The notes under the pieces: generated by a model
The model's input: the letters and a program-made list of their open reading frames with translations, nothing else
Told to the model about the DNA's origin: nothing
Databases searched by the model: none
Position numbers and translations under genes: made by a program
Source: Felis catus
Taxonomy: Eukaryota
Assembly (NCBI RefSeq): GCF_018350175.1
Contig: NC_058368.1
Location: 70,060,001 to 70,124,000, forward strand
DNA length: 64,000 bases
Direction: 5' to 3'
In this document: one piece after another, positions 1-11,359 of the stretch
Numbering within the stretch: the first letter of the stretch is position 1
Layout of the letters: each line of letters opens with the position of its first letter

Positions 1-630
1 TATTCATAGACTAAAGGACAAAACCACATTAACATTTCAGTAGACACAGAAAAAGCATTCAACGAAATCCAACACGTTCTCATGCTAAAAGCAGGAAACA
101 CACTAGGGACAGAAGGGAACTTTTTCAACTTGATAAAGGCCATTTCCCCCCTACGATCAGAAATAATACAGGGATGTCTGCCCTTGCCACTTCTATTCAA
201 CATTGTATCCAGCAATTCCACTACTAGATGCATCACAAGAGAACTGAAAACACAAAAACTTGTACACGAATAGTTGTAATAGCCAAAAAGTGAAACACCT
301 CCAAGGTCCGTCATCTGATAAACGGATAAACAAAAAGTGGTCTATCCATACACTGGCATGTTACTCAGCTGCAAAAAGGAATGAAGTACTGATCCGTGCT
401 GCCCCATGGGCGAGCCCTTGAAAGCTCTTATGCCAAGAGATAGAAAGTAGCTGAACAGCTGTCAGGAGCAGGGGAATGGCGTGGGGAGTTACTGTTAACA
501 GGTTCAGGGCTTCTTCTTGGAGTCACAGAAACGTTCTGCAATTATGTAGAGGTGATATGGCACAATGAAGATACTAAAACCCACGATTTTTGTACTTTAG
601 AGGGTGATTTATATCTTAATTTAAAAAATT
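1..630 (+). mobile_element. Old L1 fragments (ORF2 piece and 3' UTR)
   Basis: Degenerate ORF2-like text (EGNFFNLIKAI...QGCLPLPLLFNIV) followed by L1M-type 3' sequence (ataaacaaaaagtggtctatccatac; aaaaggaatgaagtactgat). Boundaries approximate. Confidence 0.75.
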
Positions 631-679
631 TGTGAGCAAACAAAACTTTACTGGGGCTTCTAATCAGATCATAAGCATA

Positions 680-1255
680 CAGGTTGAGAGGTTTTCACCC
701 ACATGGCCATATTCAGATAAGCGCCATCCACATAAAATATAGAACATTCCCAGAAGCATTGCAGAAGCATCCCTCGTGCCCCGTCCCAGTCACTACTCCT
801 CCCAGAGCAAACACTCTTCTGACTGCCAACCCTGAAGTGACTTTTGAACTTCAGATACATGGACTCCTAAGGTTCACATTCTCTGTGTCTGGCTTCTTTC
901 TTCCAACATGATGCTCGTGAGATTCACACACACAGTTGTGCACCTGTAACATGTCCATTTCTCTTTGAGGGACAGTATTCCAGTGTGTCAATACTCGAGA
1001 GTTTATTTGTTCCTTCTACTAATGATGGACATTTCCGGTGGCGTCTAGCTTTTGGCTATTAGTGTTGTGAACATTTTTCTATGTCTTTTGCTCTCAATAA
1101 AACATATTTCTTGAATGTGGAAGAGACTATCTAAGAATGCTGCAGAATGCTGGGTCTTGAGGTAGGGGTGAGATCCATTTGAGTTTATGCCAAATGGTTT
1201 TTCTAAGTGTTTGAACCAACTTATACTCCAGACAGCACAGTATGAGAGTTCCAGG
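680..1255 (-). mobile_element. Old L1 (L1ME-like) 3' fragment
   Basis: Typical antisense L1M 3' text (tctggcttctttc..., gatggacattt...tagcttttggctatt, aaccaacttatactcc...cagtatgagagttcc). Confidence 0.65.
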
Positions 1256-1388
1256 TTTTTATATAAAGGCAAAAATATTAAAAATATGTGGTCACCAGCA
1301 TGTCGGGAAAGGCAGGGCTTCCGCCCATATATTTTATGTGAATGAGCCTACAGCACCACTGACACTATTTTTTCTTGTCGTCTCTCAG

Positions 1389-1771
1389 GCTGCCCTACGA
1401 GGACAAAAAGATCCCAATTCCTTGTCAGTATCCCCCATTACCGAGCCTCTTTCTTAGCTGCCTTCACTGGAGAGAATCCCCTGCGCTGCACTGAGTGAGG
1501 GAACGCTTTCAGGAAAGGCAGGGGAGCAGACAAACTGGTCCTACCTGAGAAGGACTTGGAGGTAGCCTCACACTGCGTCCAGCTGTCCTTTGCTAATGTC
1601 CGTCTGGGCGGAGCCACTGGCCACTCTGTGGCCCATCCTCGTGGTGGGGGGAGCTGGGTAGTGTCAATGCTTCGGCAGAAAGAAGCCCTCCTTGGACTTC
1701 TTAGCATCTTCCGTTCATATACCTCCTCTATTTATCGGCATATCCAGTGACCTGTCCTCATTCCGAAACAA
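1389..1771 (+). pseudogene. HMGXB3-like (KDZ/Zisupton transposase-derived) gene relic, segment 1
   Basis: Follows a polypyrimidine tract and AG (1387-1388). The frame from 1418 reads FLVSIP-HYR-ASFLAAFTGENPLRCTE*GNAFRKGRGADKLVLPEKDLEV...GGATGHSVAHPRG...MLRQKE; a frameshift then gives LDFLASSVHIPPLFI (1692-1736). These match, in order, recalled HMGXB3 motifs FPASIPIT, APFFPPLMRGAVVVNTE, GSGSALV and VDLLASSRHWPPVYV. In-frame TGA at 1496-1498. Confidence 0.65.
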
Positions 1772-2471
1772 GTGTAGAAGACAGAAGTCAGCACGAAGGG
1801 AAAATACACCTAGGGAAACAATGAACCTTGTGAGAGAAAAAAAAAAAAACGGTGCTGGACGTGTGGCCACAGCTGCAGCTGTCAGCTTCCTGGAGGGTGA
1901 AGAAAGGAGAGATGCAAGATCAAAAGCATTCATGTTGTTCGCAAGACTTTTAAAAAGAGCAAAACCAAAAACCACAAGTAAAAGCAAACTGACCGGCCAG
2001 GTGCGGTTCAGCTTTTTCCGATGGGGAGACAGAGGACCCGCAGCCGGGCGAAGCCCCTAAAGCGACAGTGGCCATCAGTGCAAGGTGCCTTCAGCAGCAG
2101 CCCCCAGGAAGAAGCAGCGTAGCCCCAGTTAGATTTCTGAGGGACAACGGAGAGAGCAGAAAGGTCACTTCTTCTCTTGGGCTCAAAGATGACATCTGCC
2201 TGGAGGTCCCAGGCAGGAAAGGAGGGCATCATCTCTGGGGGAAATAGAGATGAACACAGGGCGTCACCCGCCAGTGCCGTGTTGGCCACACCTGCCTCGT
2301 CCGGTCTCTGCAGTAGATCCTTTCGTGGTGAAGACAGACTTCCAGGTTCTTCTCTGAATACAAAAATTTCTTGTGTTATCTGTGTCTTCGGGTAGAATTT
2401 GCCTCGTGCCCTTCTTCTCCCTGGGTCCAGGTAATTGCAAAGTGTTTATGGGGCTCCTGTCTTGGTTTCAG

Positions 2472-2886
2472 CACACGTGAGGAGCTGTGAGCGACCCAGG
2501 AGGGGTCTGGTGGCGAACTATAATCAGGAGCGTGGCAAAGCTGAGCAGCCCAGAGGATGGTGATCCGGTCCTGAGTGCCCCGGGAAAGCCACCTGACCTG
2601 AATTCCCACTTGTGTCATGCCTCTGCCCTGTTCTCTGGCCTATCAGATGGAGACCAGGATAGAAAATGTCACACCCCAAACGGGCATGAATAAAGGTAGA
2701 TCCGTACGTAGAGAAACAACATTTATCAATGTGCACTGGTCTAAACAGTCTTTGAAAATTCTTAGGGAGAAAATACGTCTTTCTAACGTCTCTGTGCATG
2801 GCCGTCATTTCAAGGGAACCGTGGGTCAGGTGCTGTGGCAGGTGGTTTCAAAGACACCCCCATACAAGCTCCTGTGGGGTCGGTAG
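2472..2886 (+). pseudogene. HMGXB3-like gene relic, segment 2 (C-terminal end)
   Basis: After a candidate acceptor (AG 2470-2471): LSSPEDGDPVLSAP (from 2541), LCPVL/AY (2621-2643), KGRSVRRETTFINVHW (2692-2739), FLTS (2780-2791) and QVV-KDT-YKL (2839-2871), across several frameshifts. Collinear with recalled HMGXB3 FSSPTEPPVSVSCP, LCPELAPY, KPNGVRQRPIAFDNATHY, DFLTS and EVVIRDTLYRL. Confidence 0.65.
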
Positions 2887-3944
2887 CAGCCTGCACCTCC
2901 GTCCCACAGGTGTGCACACGGAGGTTGTCAACTGGGAGCACAGCCAGCTGAGACTCCTCAGAAGAGGGCAGCGTCCTCCCTGCTCCGCCTTTCTGGAGGC
3001 AAAATTTACACACGATATGATGAAATATGATCACACACGATATGATAAATTTTGGGAAATTCTGGCCTAGGCGTCCAGAATAACCAAGCCAGAGAAACAT
3101 GTATTGCGTGAACATCTATTTTATTTTATTTTATTTTATTTTTTATTTTACTTTTTCTTGAAGTAAAATTATCTCTATTTGCAGATGGCATGATATTATA
3201 AATAGAAAACCCTGAAGATCCCACCAAAAATCTATTTTAGACATTCCTTAGCAGAGAGGATTTTAATAGTTACATCTTGAATAAATAGCTGATTTGGGGA
3301 GTCGAAGGACTCTTTAAAGGAAATGCTTGAAGCATGAAGTTTTCTTGAAGTGCTCTTACTTAAGACAGTTGAACTAGAATCTTCTTGCTTTTAGGACAGA
3401 CTCACCTGATCCGGGGACCCAGTGAGTACTTTGCAATTGGTAACCTCCATTTTGCTGACCTTTGAGCCTTCTGTCCTGATACTTACAGATTTGTTCCTGT
3501 AAGCATTTTGGTGGCTCAGTTCAAGACCTTCTAATATTTGAGCAACATACAAATGGAAAATTTAGGCTTCAGATTTCAGTTTCTTTTTGTAAGATTTTAT
3601 GTTTAAGTAATTTCTACACCCAGTGTGGGGCTGGAACCCACAACCCCGAGATCAAGAGTGACGTGTTCCATCGACTGAGCTAGCCAGATGCCCCTAGATT
3701 TCAATTTCAAGCACAAAGCAGGGCTATTTCTCACTTGATAGTGAGTTTACAAGGTGAGTGATCTCTAGAAACCTAAAGGGCACACGGAGGGATCACTCAG
3801 TCTGAAAATAACAAACACTCTAGAAAAGAAAGTGTTTTACTTTTTGAATGACCACAGTGGTTTTTTTTTTTTGGCTATTTATTATAACTAAGCCATTCCG
3901 TAAAACCTCAGGAAATAGGATTTAAAAAAACCTTTTAAAAATAT

Positions 3945-4082
3945 TTATTTTATTTTAATAATAAATAAAATAAATCTTATTTGTCAGCACAGAGCCTGAT
4001 GTGGGGCTCGAACCCATGAACCGTGAGATCATGACCTGAGCTGAAGTCTGATGCTTCACTGACTGAGCCACCCAGGCGCCCC
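3945..4082 (-). mobile_element. Carnivore SINE (Can-SINE), internally deleted
   Basis: Reverse complement of ggggcgcctgggtggctcagtc...tcaggtcatgatctcacggttcatgggttcgagcccc with an AT-rich tail. Confidence 0.85.
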
Positions 4083-6924
4083 AGGAAAGATGATTTAAAT
4101 GCCATGACGGATCCAGCTTCTCGAAGGCCTCGCCTCTGCTCAGCTACTCAAGTTATTTTTCAGACCTCAGAGCTGGTCATGTCTCTGTCTTCTGTACCCA
4201 CCACCTTAACAGAACCTTCTGGGGCTTCTCAATGGCTACAGGATAAATTCCAAACTCTAACGTGGCACATAAGATCCTTCACTCTCCAATGCCACCTTTG
4301 TGTCCAGGACCAGTTCTTATCACCTCAGACTCCATGTGAGAAGTTCCCCAAACACAACCATGTTTTCTAGATCCTTGTAGAAAACTCCCTATAGCACCAG
4401 TAGCCTCTAGGCTGAAATATCCTCCCCTGCTTTGAAACGTCCGTCTTTGTTAAGCTGGCCTGACTGTCCCTGGTGCTGTGTCCATTGTCCTGGATCAGAC
4501 ACTGATAACACGATGTTGTCCTGAGGGGGTCCCCAAAACACAGCACAGGGTGTGGCACAAGGCGGGTGGCCAGCATGCGTTCGTGCAATGAGTAAGAGGA
4601 ATGGGCTGACTTCTGACGTAATCGTGTGGTCAGCTTGTGGCTGCACCAGGGTGGGTGGTCCAGTCTCATGACGACCAAGAATGTGTGCCTCTCCTAGTTT
4701 CCTTGATTGCTTTGCGAGAGGGTGATAAGACAGAAGCAATGCCAGAATGGAATGGCTTGGCTTCGGGAGTGGATCCTCTGGCCTTGATCAGAGCATCATC
4801 CTCCCCCAAGTTACCCAAGACGGTGAAAACTCGTCCCGTTAGTTACCATGCATTAGCGCAAAGGTGTGTCCCCTAGCTGTCCTGGCCACTGTGTGCCACT
4901 CGAATAGAATGGACTAAAATGAGCTCCTATCCAAAGTCACAACCTCAGTGTCTCTGATGGCCTCTAGTCCTGCCAAAGTTTTTACTGGGCTACCAGTGAA
5001 AGGAGGGTACTGGAGCCGCTGGGAAGATGGACACTTAAGGGTGAGCTGTTCTTGGTAGTTGGAAGATTTAGAGTCTCGGCCATCAGGCTCAAGAGCCGGG
5101 TGCTGGGAGGCAGGTGGCCGCCATGTCTGGAGGTGCACTTGGTGACGGAGGTGTGCCCCTGGAATGGGGCAGCCCCACAGGGACTGGGGCCGGGCTGTGT
5201 GCCGATGCCCCCGGCAGGCCTGCTTCTACCCAACTGCCCTTTCATATGCTGCCCTTGGCTTTTTGATGCACAAGGTCCACTGGAAGCTTGTGGCTGAGAT
5301 GGTCATTCTTCAGGGACCCTAAGGAGAAGTTCGCGTCTTACCCTGGTTTCAGGACCACTTGGGGTTTTCTCCTGTAATTGTTTTACTTATCTATTGAAAG
5401 CTGAGTTTCTTTTCCACTGAAAAGCAAAGGTGTGTGCCTCCTGTGGGGGAGCGTCTGGGTCTTTGATTACATAGGTTTTGTCTTGGCCCCTCTCTTGCCT
5501 CTGTTTATGTTCTACCCATTTTTCCGCTTTCTACCTTACGATCTCCTGAAATTATTTATGGCACAATGTGAAATACAAAGAACTTGGCTAAACACATTGA
5601 AGACTTAATATGAATAAGAAAAGGCCTCTCTTTTTTTGCCTTATCTCTCCAGCCGCCCACGAGCTACCGTTGCCAGTTCTGGCTCGGGGAACATTGGCCC
5701 AGGGGACTTGGAGTTTGGTCCTGACTCTGCCAGCAAATCACTGTACCCTTTGAGCCTCCTTTTCCTGGTAGGAGGCTTACTGTGAAGTGATGCAGAAAAA
5801 CAAGATAAGCGCAAAACACTTGGGTCAGTGCTTCATCAGCACGGTGGCGCCTAATCATAGCAATAGGCCTCTTGCTGCAGTGGTGCACCCGGCCCCGGGG
5901 AATTCTGTTCACGCGTCCACCGAGAGGCCATCGAGAGCGGGCAGGCAGCTCGGGGGTCGGGTCCAAGTTGCTGCTGGTCTCCGGGCTCTTTGGCAGGTCA
6001 CAGAGATTATCGTTCTGGAAGTGGTGTGGTGGTGTGGGTGCACAGGGGGAAGGGAAAGGCTTCAAGCTGATGACTTTCAAATAGAAGAACATTCTGGAGC
6101 AATTCTGAGGCCTGAGAGGGGGTGGATGGGAGCTGTCAGCCCTGCCTTCTCAGCGCTTCCCCTGCTGCCCTCTGAGAAATGGAGACGGCCTCCTTGAAAG
6201 CCGTGCTTCTGGGCTTCCTTCTCCCGGACCCCAGATTCTGTGTCCCGAATGCCTCGTGCAGGAGCTGGCCGGCCTGCCCCCTTCTTCCCTCCCTCCCTCG
6301 CTCTCCTCTCTCTCTCCTGGCTTCTCTCAATTCCATGAAGCCAACACATGGAGAGTTTACTAGTCGCCAGGCACTGTGCTCAGCACGAGGAAAGACTGAG
6401 TCTGCTCTTGTGAGGCTTGTTTTCCAGGCAGGTTGTTCGGATGTTCAGGAAGTAACCGGGGCTGCAGTGGGTGGAGGGTTTCAGAGCTGCAGCCTCTGTA
6501 ACTGAGCAGCGAGTGCTCCGATCGTGAGGCCTAAGGGGGCTTTAGAGGCACTGGGACACATCACTGCCAGGTTTGTGAAGTCTTCTTATCTCCAGTTAGA
6601 AATAAAAATGATTAGGCTAGATCATTTCTTGAAATCAGTGTCTCGAAGATATTACATGAGTTGGCTATTTTGAGACAGCTTCTGTTGAGCGCTACATTTG
6701 CGGGGAAATTTGACTTTTGCTATCAGGCCCCTCTGGATTTTCGGCTGGAGATCGGGAATCACTTAAAGAAGCGATCCCCAAACTGTAATGAATGATGAAC
6801 CACCTGGGGTCTTGTTGGAATGCAGGTTCTGGGTCAGTAGGTCTGGGATGGGGGCCGAGACCCTCCAACAAGCTCCTCTACTCCAGGCTGTAACTGCCTC
6901 CTTCGTCACCAGCAAGGATTTAGA

Positions 6925-7143
6925 TCAAGGCCTCTAACTATGGCACGACTGTTATTCTGGGCCAGGTAACGCTTGTTGTGGGACAGTCCCTTGCACTGCA
7001 GGCCCTTAGCAACACTCCTGGTCTCTACCCACTAGATCCCAGTAGCAATCAACCTCTTCCCCTACTTGTGACAATCAAAAAGGTATCTCCAAACATTGCC
7101 AAATGTTCTGAGGGGCAAAAATCATTCCGAGTTGAGAACTACT
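6925..7143. mobile_element. MER20-like hAT DNA transposon
   Basis: Recognisable MER20 text: gtctctacccactagatcccagtagca...tgtgacaatcaaaa...acattgccaaatg...ggggcaaaaatc...gttgagaactactg. Confidence 0.75.
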
Positions 7144-7988
7144 GGATTAGATGATTCTCAAAGGCTTGAGTCCAGGTTTCTTGGCTCAAAAACCCATATC
7201 AAAAGCTCTCAGTCTGAAAACATGCATGCCACCAAGCCTGGGAAAGATGGCCCCAAAGCTGATCTCTAGATGCCCTTTTGAAGATACAAAGTCATGGATC
7301 CACCTGTCTTCACAACAGCAGTGACTGCTCCCCCAAAAGGCTGAGTACAATGGCATTTGCACTCTGAAAGAGACCCTGGTGTGTGGCATGACTGCAGCGG
7401 GGGTGACAGGGAGAGGGCGCCACACGGGGGCCCCACGACAGGAATGAGTGTGAGCCTACCCGGTGGGACAAGTGCTGTCCCCTCTGGCTCAGCAATGGAG
7501 CCTTCCCAGAGAGGCAAGGGGTTCAGATTCATCTAGATCAGCAGAATGTGTCCCTTTCTTTACAAGGGGACTTTGCTCCCCTTATCTGCAGGACCCAGGA
7601 GGGTAAGAGGGCTTTAAATGGAATTGGATGAGAAGCCAATGACTCAGCACCCACTGGGACAGAGGCAGAGGTCCAATGCTAACCTGAGAGAGAGGTGCTC
7701 CAGCCCCTGCCATGGATGAGGAGCCAGTGAGGTTGAAAGCCACAGAGAGAGCAAGCAAAGGCCACTGCACAACTGGATGCCCATGGATTTGAAAATGCAT
7801 TAATAGCTTTTATGGCTCCAAAGGAAAAACAAGACAGAATTTAAGCAGTTGGATAAACTACTGTGCTTCACAAGTAACAGGGATGACTCTTGGGATAGAA
7901 AGTTACCTACACAACTACTATAGGGAAAGCTCCAGAAAGAGTGCTAAGTGGGAGAATCATGCCGCCATTATCTAAGGAAGTGGAGGAG

Positions 7989-7990
<2 letters not shown>

Positions 7991-8079
<89 letters not shown>

Positions 8080-8080
8080 T
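7991..8080. repeat. Compound microsatellite (GT)n(GA)n(GACA)n
   Basis: Directly visible. Confidence 0.97.
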
Positions 8081-8244
8081 GAAAAAAAAAAACCCAAAGG
8101 ATAATCCAAAACACTTAAAATTGATTTTCTTTAAGGAACAGGAAAGAATAGAAGGTACAAGTGTAGAAGTTAAACTTCTTTAAATGTACCTTTTTTTCTT
8201 AGATGTTTGAACTTGGAACATTGGAAACTGACAAAATAAAAATA

Positions 8245-8710
8245 CACATTATTTTTTAGAATAGTTTTAGGCTCACAACACAATTGAGTGGGAAGTACAG
8301 AGAGATTTCATGCAGCACGTCCTCCCCCCCATGGACATCCTGCACCAGGGTAAGACAAATGTCACACTCCGTGAACCAACACTGACATGTCGTTATCACC
8401 CAAAGTCCGGAGGTTACATTAGGGCTCTTGACAATGTATGTTCTGTGGGTTTTGACAAATTCCTAATGGCATGCATCCCCTGCTACAGTATTTTACAGAA
8501 CAGTTTCACTGCCCTAAAAATCCTCTGTGCTCCACCTATTCAACCCACCCCCCTTAGCCCCATGGCAACCAACTGATGTTTTTATTATCTGCATAGGTTT
8601 GCCTTTTCTAGAACGTCACTTAGTTGGAATGACACAGTAGGTTGACTTTTCAGGCTGGCTTCTTCACTTATCAGTATGTATTTGAGTTCATTCCATGTCT
8701 TTTTGTGCTA
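8245..8710 (-). mobile_element. Old L1 (L1MB/MC-like) 3' UTR fragment
   Basis: ttttagaatagttttaggctcaca...ttatcacccaaagtcc...gtttcactgccctaaaaatcctctgtgctcc...gttttt attatct. Confidence 0.7.
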
Positions 8711-8894
8711 TGTGAATGTTTTCCCAAGTCATAAACAAAATTAAATTTGAAAAGAACAATCTCTACAAATCAGAAACAAAGTGATACAGATGACCTTGAC
8801 TATCCCAAGTGACTTTAACGCACACTAATTTGACTGGATATCCCTAGTTGGATGAACTCTAAAGACAAAATAACTGCAAAAATCGTTTGTTTGT

Positions 8895-10495
8895 TTCTTT
8901 AATTTTTAAATTTACATCCAAGTTAGTTAGCTTATAGTACAACAATGATTTCAGGAGTAGATTCCTTGATGCCCGTTACCCTTTTAGCCCATCCCCCTTC
9001 CCACAACCCCTCCAGCAACCCTCTGTTTGTTCTCCATATTTAAGAGTCTTTTATGTTTTGTCTCCCTCCCTGTTTTTATATTATTTTTGCTTCCCTTCCC
9101 TTATGTTCATCTGTTTTATGTCTTAAAGTCCTCATATGAGTGAAGTCATATGATATTTGTTTTTCTCTAATTTTGCTTAGCATAACACCCTCTAGTTCCA
9201 TCCACATAGTTNNNNNNNNNNNNNNNNNNNNNNNNNNNNNNNNNNNNNNNNNNNNNNNNNNNNNNNNNNNNNNNNNNNNNNNNNNNNNNNNNNNNNNNNN
9301 NNNNNNNNNNNNNNNNNNNNNNNNNNNNNNNNNNNNNNNNNNNNNNNNNNNNNNNNNNNNGCTATTGTTGATAGTGCTGCTATATACATTGGGGTGCATA
9401 TGCCCCTTCGAAACAGCACACCTGTATCCCTTGGAAAAATACCTAGTAGTGCAATTGCTGGGTCGTAGGGTAGTTCTATTTTTAATTTTTTGAGGAAGCT
9501 CCATGCTGTTTTCCAGAGTGGCTGCACCAGTTTGCATTCCCACCAGCAGTGCAAAAGAGATCCTCTTTCTCCACATCCTCGTAAACATCTGTTGTTGCCT
9601 ATGTTGTTAATGTTAGTCNNNNNNNNNNNNNNNNNNNNNNNNNNNNNNNNNNNNNNNNNNNNNNNNNNNNNNNNNNNNNNNNNNNNNNNNNNNNNNNNNN
9701 NNNNNNNNNNNNNNNNNNNNNNNNNNNNNNNNNNNNNNNNNNNNNNNNNNNNNNNNNNNNNNNNNNNNNNNNNNNNATGTTTTTTGGGTGTTGAGTTTGA
9801 TAAGTTCTTTATAGATTTTGGATACTAACCCTTTATCTGATATGTCGTTTGCAAAGATCTTCTCCCATTCTGTCAGTTGCCTTTTAGTTTTGCTGATCGT
9901 TTCCTTCACTGTGTAGAAACTTTTTATTTTGATGAGGTCCTAATAGTTGAGGTTTGCTTTTGTGTCTCTTGCCTCTGGAGATGTGTTGAGTAAGAAGTTG
10001 TTGTGGCTGAGGTCAAAGAGGTTTTTGCCTGCTTTCTCCTCAAGGATTTTGACGTTTTTTTGTCTTACATTTAGGTCTTTCATGTATTTTGAGTTTATTT
10101 TTGTGTCTGGTGTAAGAAAGTGGTCCAGGCTCATTCTTCTGCATGTCGCTGTCCAGTTTTCTCAGCACCACTTGCTGAAGAAACTGTCTTTATTCCATTG
10201 GATATTCTTTCCTGCTTTGTCAAAGATTAGTTGACCATACGTTTGTGGGTCCATTTCTGGGTTCTCTGTTCTGTTGCATTGATCTGAGTGTCTGTTTTTG
10301 TGTGTAGTACCATACTGTCTTGATGATTACAGCTTTGTAATACAGCTTGAAGTCCGGGATTGTGATGCTTTTAGCTTTGGTTTTCTTTTTTAGGACTGCT
10401 TTGGCTATTCAGGGTCTTTTCTGGTTCCAAACAAATTTTAGGATTGTTTGTTCGAGCTCTGTGAAGAATGCTGGTGTTATTTTGATAGGGATTGC
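8895..10495 (-). mobile_element. 5'-truncated carnivore L1 (ORF2 C-terminus and 3' UTR)
   Basis: Minus-strand translations [54 protein letters not shown] and LDHFLTP.TKINSK are L1 ORF2 C-terminal motifs; frame-disrupted and interrupted by two N gaps. Confidence 0.95.
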
Positions 10496-10825
10496 AAAAG
10501 TGGTTTTAAATGTTTTTCAACACTTGGTATTATTCAGTTCTTTTTTTTCTTTTTGAGATAATGTTGGTTTTACTATTCTGAGGTTGTCAGATATGTAATG
10601 TGGAATAAAGCAAATAGGTAATTATATTCTAATTCTACCATTCTTTTTTTTTTTTTTTAAATAATCTCTACTCCCAATGCGGGGTTTAAATGCATGACCC
10701 TGAGATCAAGAGTCCCAAGCTCTACCAACTGAGCCAGACAGGCACCCCTGATTCCACCATTCTTGACATTCTGAAAACTAGGGCTGTTGATGTGGAAGAA
10801 AGGAAATAGAAAAATGGAAGACAGA

Positions 10826-11020
10826 GGGGGCCTGAGTGGCTCAGTCAGTTGGGTGTCTGACTCTTGATCCTGGCTCAGGTCATGATCTCACAGTTCACGA
10901 GTTCAAGCCCACATCATGTTCTCTGCTGTCAGCATGGAGCCAGCTTGGGCTTCTCTCCTCTCTCCCTCTCTCTCTCTCTCTGCCCCACCATCGTCCCCCA
11001 TAAATAAACATTTAAAAAAA
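10826..11020 (+). mobile_element. Can-SINE
   Basis: tRNA-like head (gggggcctgagtggctcagtcagtt), CT-rich tract, aataaa/A tail. Confidence 0.85.
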
Positions 11021-11160
11021 TGAAATAAAATGGCTTCTCTTACTCCCTGCAATCAGTCCTCCACCCCTTGGTGCAGTTAGAATCATGTGTGAAAAGGAAA
11101 ATCACAGGTTAGCATAATTCTCACAAAGACTGGCTGATCAGATTTCTTGGTGTGGGATTC

Positions 11161-11183
11161 TTTTTAAATGTTTATTTATTTAT

Positions 11184-11220
<37 letters not shown>

Positions 11221-11359
11221 GAAAGGGAGAGAGAGAATCCCAAGCAGGCTCCACGCTCTCAGTGTAAAACCCGATGTGGGGCTCAAACACAAGAACTGTG
11301 AGATCATGATCTGAGCTGAGATCCAGAGTTGGGTGCTCAACCGCCCACCAAAGCGCCCC
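11161..11359 (-). mobile_element. Can-SINE
   Basis: T tail, (GA)n, gagatcatgatctgagctga, ends gcgcccc. Confidence 0.85.

Noticed and set aside
1466-1513. TGENPLRCTE*GNAFR resembles a C2H2 zinc-finger linker (TGEKPYxCxECGKAF)
   Set aside because: No His pair follows and there are no neighbouring fingers. The same residues align without gaps to the HMGXB3 motif in a collinear series, so the finger likeness is probably chance.
5664-6505. Cluster of overlapping 100-140 aa ORFs
   Set aside because: No recognisable domain or splice structure; expected by chance in moderately GC-rich DNA.
9076-9909. Long ORFs containing X runs (also at 15.1, 22.7, 23.4, 39.9, 44.5 and 62.5 kb)
   Set aside because: Artefacts of translating through N gaps; the real portions are L1 ORF2 or DOCK9 exon pieces.
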